From Roseovarius sp. (GTDB lineage: Bacteria > Pseudomonadota > Alphaproteobacteria > Rhodobacterales > Rhodobacteraceae), in contig JBGCEW010000012.1 in assembly GCA_045106595.1 (NCBI GenBank), positions 220,113 through 284,112 of the forward strand: a stretch of 64,000 nt of DNA, given 5' to 3'. Both the position numbers and the translations under genes were made by a program. Position 1 is the stretch's first letter; every line of letters starts with the position of its first letter. Under the pieces are notes generated by a model. It was not told the origin of the DNA, ran no database searches, and saw only the letters and a program-made list of their open reading frames with translations. Shown here in pieces: positions 60,758-64,000 of the stretch.

Positions 60758-61162
60758 ATGAAACGACGTGATTTCTTACGCACTGTGGGTGTGGCTGCGG
60801 CTGCAACGGGCCTGCCTGCACCGGGGGTGTCAGCCAGTACTGTGGCCCCTGTGGCCCGCTATGGCATGACGCCCTATGCCTTCGCCAAATACACCGCGCG
60901 GATCAACAAAAGGCTGACGCCTCAGATGCTTACACAGTTTTGTGGTTTCTCTGAAGGTGAAGCAGCGCGCATGATCCGGCGCCTGACGTTTGAGAACATA
61001 TTGCTAAGCCCAGATGCCAAAGGTGTCAGCCAAACCAGCCCTGATGTGCTGGCCGCTGCGAAACGTCGGCGCGATGCGATGCGCCAGATGGTGCGCACTC
61101 TGCGCGACCAGGTTGAGGATGCGTTGACCGACGAGAATACCCCGGGTCCAGATCCCGAATAG
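60758..61162 (+). CDS. hypothetical protein with twin-arginine-like N-terminus
   Basis: MKRRDFL..., central helix-turn-helix-like segment. Confidence 0.65.
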   Translation: MKRRDFLRTVGVAAAATGLPAPGVSASTVAPVARYGMTPYAFAKYTARINKRLTPQMLTQFCGFSEGEAARMIRRLTFENILLSPDAKGVSQTSPDVLAAAKRRRDAMRQMVRTLRDQVEDALTDENTPGPDPE

Positions 61163-61369
61163 TGACCCAAAACGGCGCATTACAGAGCGAATCTGTGCAG
61201 GCCGCGTACGTGCTGTTAAGCATTGGCAGACTGCCAATTTGACCACAGTGAAATGCCAATGCCGCCCCATTACGACACCTGGCGCCGACCCCGCCAACGT
61301 GCGGTAGATTCATGATTTGGACAGACGTCCCAGTGCAAGGTGCCCTCCTCGTCATATCCGAGGTTCGCC

Positions 61370-61624
61370 ATGTACGACACGTTGTCTGCCTTGCAATTCC
61401 GCTCTCAGTTCAGCCAGTGCCTGACCCATGTGGGCTATACCGGCAAGCGATTGTTGATCGTGCGTCATGGCCGCGATGCCGCAGCGTTGGTCACGGTTCA
61501 GGACCTGGATGCGCTGGAGGAAGCACAGCACAATTCAGAGGCGTTCATGAAAGCGCGCCATGACGCGAAGATGCGCGAATGGCAGTTGTTGAAAGACGGG
61601 CTTGCGAAAGAGCGCGGGTTCTAG
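61370..61624 (+). CDS. Phd/YefM-family antitoxin-like protein, no adjacent toxin
   Basis: LSALQFRSQFSQCL..V..TGKRLLIVRHGRDAAALVTVQDLDALE; GAGG RBS. Confidence 0.75.
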   Translation: MYDTLSALQFRSQFSQCLTHVGYTGKRLLIVRHGRDAAALVTVQDLDALEEAQHNSEAFMKARHDAKMREWQLLKDGLAKERGF

Positions 61625-62655
61625 CTGATCCGTCGCCGCAGCAGCCAGACAAAGAACATCCCGCCGATCAGGCCCGTGACGATACCGATGGGCATGTCAT
61701 CCGGGGCCATGATGTTGCGCGCAATGATATCGGCCCACAGCAGGATGATGGCCCCCAACACGGCCGAGGCAGGCAGCACACGGCTGTACTCGCCGCCGAT
61801 CAGCAGGCGCACGATATGGGGCACCATAAGACCGACAAAGCCGATGATGCCGGAAAAGGCCACCATGACACCGGTGATCAGCGCGCCCACCACGAAGACC
61901 GACAGCCGGAACCGGGCCACCGGAATACCAAGGGTGGTGGCGGTTTCATCCCCGATGGTCATGGCGTTCAGGTTGCCGGCATTCAGGCGCAGGTAGAGCC
62001 CGCCGATCACAAGGATAACGAGCGGATAAATCAGCTGATCCCATTGCGCGAGGCCAAGCCCGCCCAGCATCCAGAAGACAACCGTATGCGTGGCACGCGG
62101 ATCGCCCAGAAAGATCAGCACATTGGCCAGCGACATGACGATAAACGACACAGCCACCCCTGCAAGGATCAGCCGGTCAGCACTGGTGGCCGAGGCAAAT
62201 TGCGAGACGGCCAGCACCAAAAGCGTGGCCCCCAACGCGCCCAGAAAGGCAAAGAGCGGCACGGTCAGAAGCCCCAGGAACAACCCGGTGTGCAGTAAGG
62301 CCAGGATCGCCCCGAAGGCACCACCTGCCGAGATGCCCAGCAAATGCGGATCGGCCAGAGGGTTGCGGGTGACGGCCTGCAAACTGGCGCCCACAATGGC
62401 CAGACCGGCCCCCACACAGCAGGCCAGAATGGCACGGGGGAACCGGATATCCCACACGATGGACGCACGTCCCGGTGACCAATCCGGGGCAATCGTGGCC
62501 GGTGCGATTTTGTTCAGCACGACGCCCCAGACGGTGCTCAGCGGGATCGATACGGCACCCACGCTGACAGCGATAGAAATCGACAAGGCCAGCACCCCAA
62601 AGCCCACAGCAATCGCGATGCGAAACGGGCGTTGCTTTGGGGGTGGCGGGTGCAT
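61621..62655 (-). CDS. FecCD/BtuC-type ABC permease
   Basis: WDIRFPRAIL, QAVTRNPLADPHLLGIS.G, GIIGFVGLMVPH, MPIGIVT. Confidence 0.93.
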   Translation of the reverse strand: MHPPPPKQRPFRIAIAVGFGVLALSISIAVSVGAVSIPLSTVWGVVLNKIAPATIAPDWSPGRASIVWDIRFPRAILACCVGAGLAIVGASLQAVTRNPLADPHLLGISAGGAFGAILALLHTGLFLGLLTVPLFAFLGALGATLLVLAVSQFASATSADRLILAGVAVSFIVMSLANVLIFLGDPRATHTVVFWMLGGLGLAQWDQLIYPLVILVIGGLYLRLNAGNLNAMTIGDETATTLGIPVARFRLSVFVVGALITGVMVAFSGIIGFVGLMVPHIVRLLIGGEYSRVLPASAVLGAIILLWADIIARNIMAPDDMPIGIVTGLIGGMFFVWLLRRRIS

Positions 62656-62660
62656 TGTGC

Positions 62661-63596
62661 TTACTCGCCCCGGAATGCAGCGGCCAGTGTTTTGACGGCC
62701 TTGATGTTGCGCGGGCCCGGTGTGGCCTCGACGTATTCAAGGGTGACAAAGCGGTCGTTTTTGACGGCGTCGATTTCGGCAAAGGCGGGATTGGCCCGCA
62801 TGAAATCGCGTTTTTGTGCTGCTGTCACTTCGCCGTAGTTCACGATTACAATGACTTGCGGGTTGCGTTCGACCACGGCTTCCCAGCCGACAGTGGCCCA
62901 GCTTTTGTCGACATCATTCATGATGTTGATGCCGCCTGCGGCCTCGATCAAGGCATTGGGCATGGCATAGCGCCCCGCGGTAAAGGGCGCATCTTCGCCG
63001 CTGTCGTAGACAAAAACCCGCGGGGCGTCGCCCAGCGCGGGCTGTGCCGCCAGGGTCTGAGCCAGCTGCGATTGGTAGCTTTCGATCAGCGCCTCGGCCC
63101 GGTCTGAGACATCAAAGATTGCACCAAGGTTGCGGATGTCATTGTACATGTCCTGCATTGAGGCTGCGTCTTTTTCGCCGATGTGGATGCAGCTTTCGGT
63201 CAGCTCGTAGACCTGAATGCCGAAGGGCGCCAGCGTATCGGGCGTGACATCGCCGCCGACCTTCATGCCGTAGTTCCACCCCGCAAAGAAGAAATCGGCA
63301 TCGGCGCCTACCAGTACCTCGCGGGTGGGGTATTTCGATGACAGTTCGGGCAATGCCTGAATGCCCAGTGTCATGTCGGAGTCCAGCGTTTTCCAGCCTG
63401 AAATCCCGGTGTAGCCGACCATGCGATCGGCCAGGCCCAGGACCAGCATCATCTCAGTCAGGTTCACATCATGCGAGATGGCGGCCTGTGGGGGTGCATC
63501 AAAGGTCACGCTGCGATTGCAGCTTTGGACGGTGGTCTGCGCCAGAGCGCCAGAGGCACATAAGATGGCCGCAAGGGGTGTGAGGATCCGTTTCAA
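62661..63596 (-). CDS. Fe-siderophore/cobalamin-type ABC substrate-binding protein
   Basis: Signal peptide, SCNRSVTFDAPP, DADFFFAGWNYG, DAVKNDRF, TPGPRNI. Confidence 0.88.
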   Translation of the reverse strand: MKRILTPLAAILCASGALAQTTVQSCNRSVTFDAPPQAAISHDVNLTEMMLVLGLADRMVGYTGISGWKTLDSDMTLGIQALPELSSKYPTREVLVGADADFFFAGWNYGMKVGGDVTPDTLAPFGIQVYELTESCIHIGEKDAASMQDMYNDIRNLGAIFDVSDRAEALIESYQSQLAQTLAAQPALGDAPRVFVYDSGEDAPFTAGRYAMPNALIEAAGGINIMNDVDKSWATVGWEAVVERNPQVIVIVNYGEVTAAQKRDFMRANPAFAEIDAVKNDRFVTLEYVEATPGPRNIKAVKTLAAAFRGE

Positions 63597-63608
63597 TCGG
63601 TGCGCCTT

Positions 63609-64000
63609 TCAGTCTGGCAAATGGTAAGAGAAATGTTTGGTGTTGCTGGGCGACAGATGTTCGCGGCGCGCATTGACGCGGAACGCGGTGGACACCGTTG
63701 CCTCGGTCAGGACGGTTTCAGGCGGGCCGAACCCGATGGTGTGACCCTGCTCCAGCAGCAAGATTGTATCGCAGATATTGGCCGCGATATTGAGGTCATG
63801 CAGCGAGACGATGATGGTCAGATCCAAAGCGCGGATCAGGGCCAGCACCTCAAGCTGATGACGGATGTCGAGGTGGTTTGTCGGCTCATCCAGCACCAGA
63901 ACCTGAGGTTCCTGCACCAAAGCACGGGCCACCATGACCCGTTGACGTTCGCCCCCCGACAGCGAAGCCAGATCGCGGTGGGCCAGCTGAGGCAGGTTCA
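63609..64000 (-). CDS. FepC/BtuD-type ABC ATPase (partial, starts beyond window)
   Basis: [32 protein letters not shown]...HQL, VSLHDLN. Confidence 0.93.
   Translation of the reverse strand, partial: NLPQLAHRDLASLSGGERQRVMVARALVQEPQVLVLDEPTNHLDIRHQLEVLALIRALDLTIIVSLHDLNIAANICDTILLLEQGHTIGFGPPETVLTEATVSTAFRVNARREHLSPSNTKHFSYHLPD

Overview
Core-chromosome segment of a marine Rhodobacteraceae (Roseobacter-group) alphaproteobacterium, inferred from gene content and synteny (rnhB-ccrM, waaA-lpxK, soeABC, glcDEF, alkB beside mutY, hemP). It is gene-dense (about 58 CDS, 2 tRNAs). I saw no integrase, transposase, phage gene, CRISPR array or rRNA. Recognisable modules: a malonate cluster (GntR + TRAP + malonyl-CoA decarboxylase + malonyl-CoA synthetase) between tRNA-Arg and tRNA-Lys; dapF-mtaB-GST; CcrM; sulfite oxidation SoeABC; TetR-PspA-small membrane protein; creatinase; GabD; ECF sigma + vWA protein; Hsp20 with a ROSE-type thermometer; tandem trypsin-like proteases; glycolate oxidase; a MoxR/DUF58/BatA-DUF4159 cluster; a PAS hybrid kinase; an Fe/B12-type ABC transporter. 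Best leads for undescribed biology: (1) a two-TM protein with a C-terminal winged helix encoded with a small disulfide-type exported partner (18.1-19.3 kb); (2) a TetR-PspA-YiaAB module with four copies of one palindromic operator; (3) DapF lacking its second catalytic Cys; (4) small membrane-protein genes translationally coupled inside the soe and glc operons; (5) a HemP-coupled Cys/His-motif protein under an Iron-Rhodo-like box; (6) twin proteases with an identical C-terminal tail; (7) a probable ATA start codon. All family assignments come from motif recognition by eye; no database searches were run.
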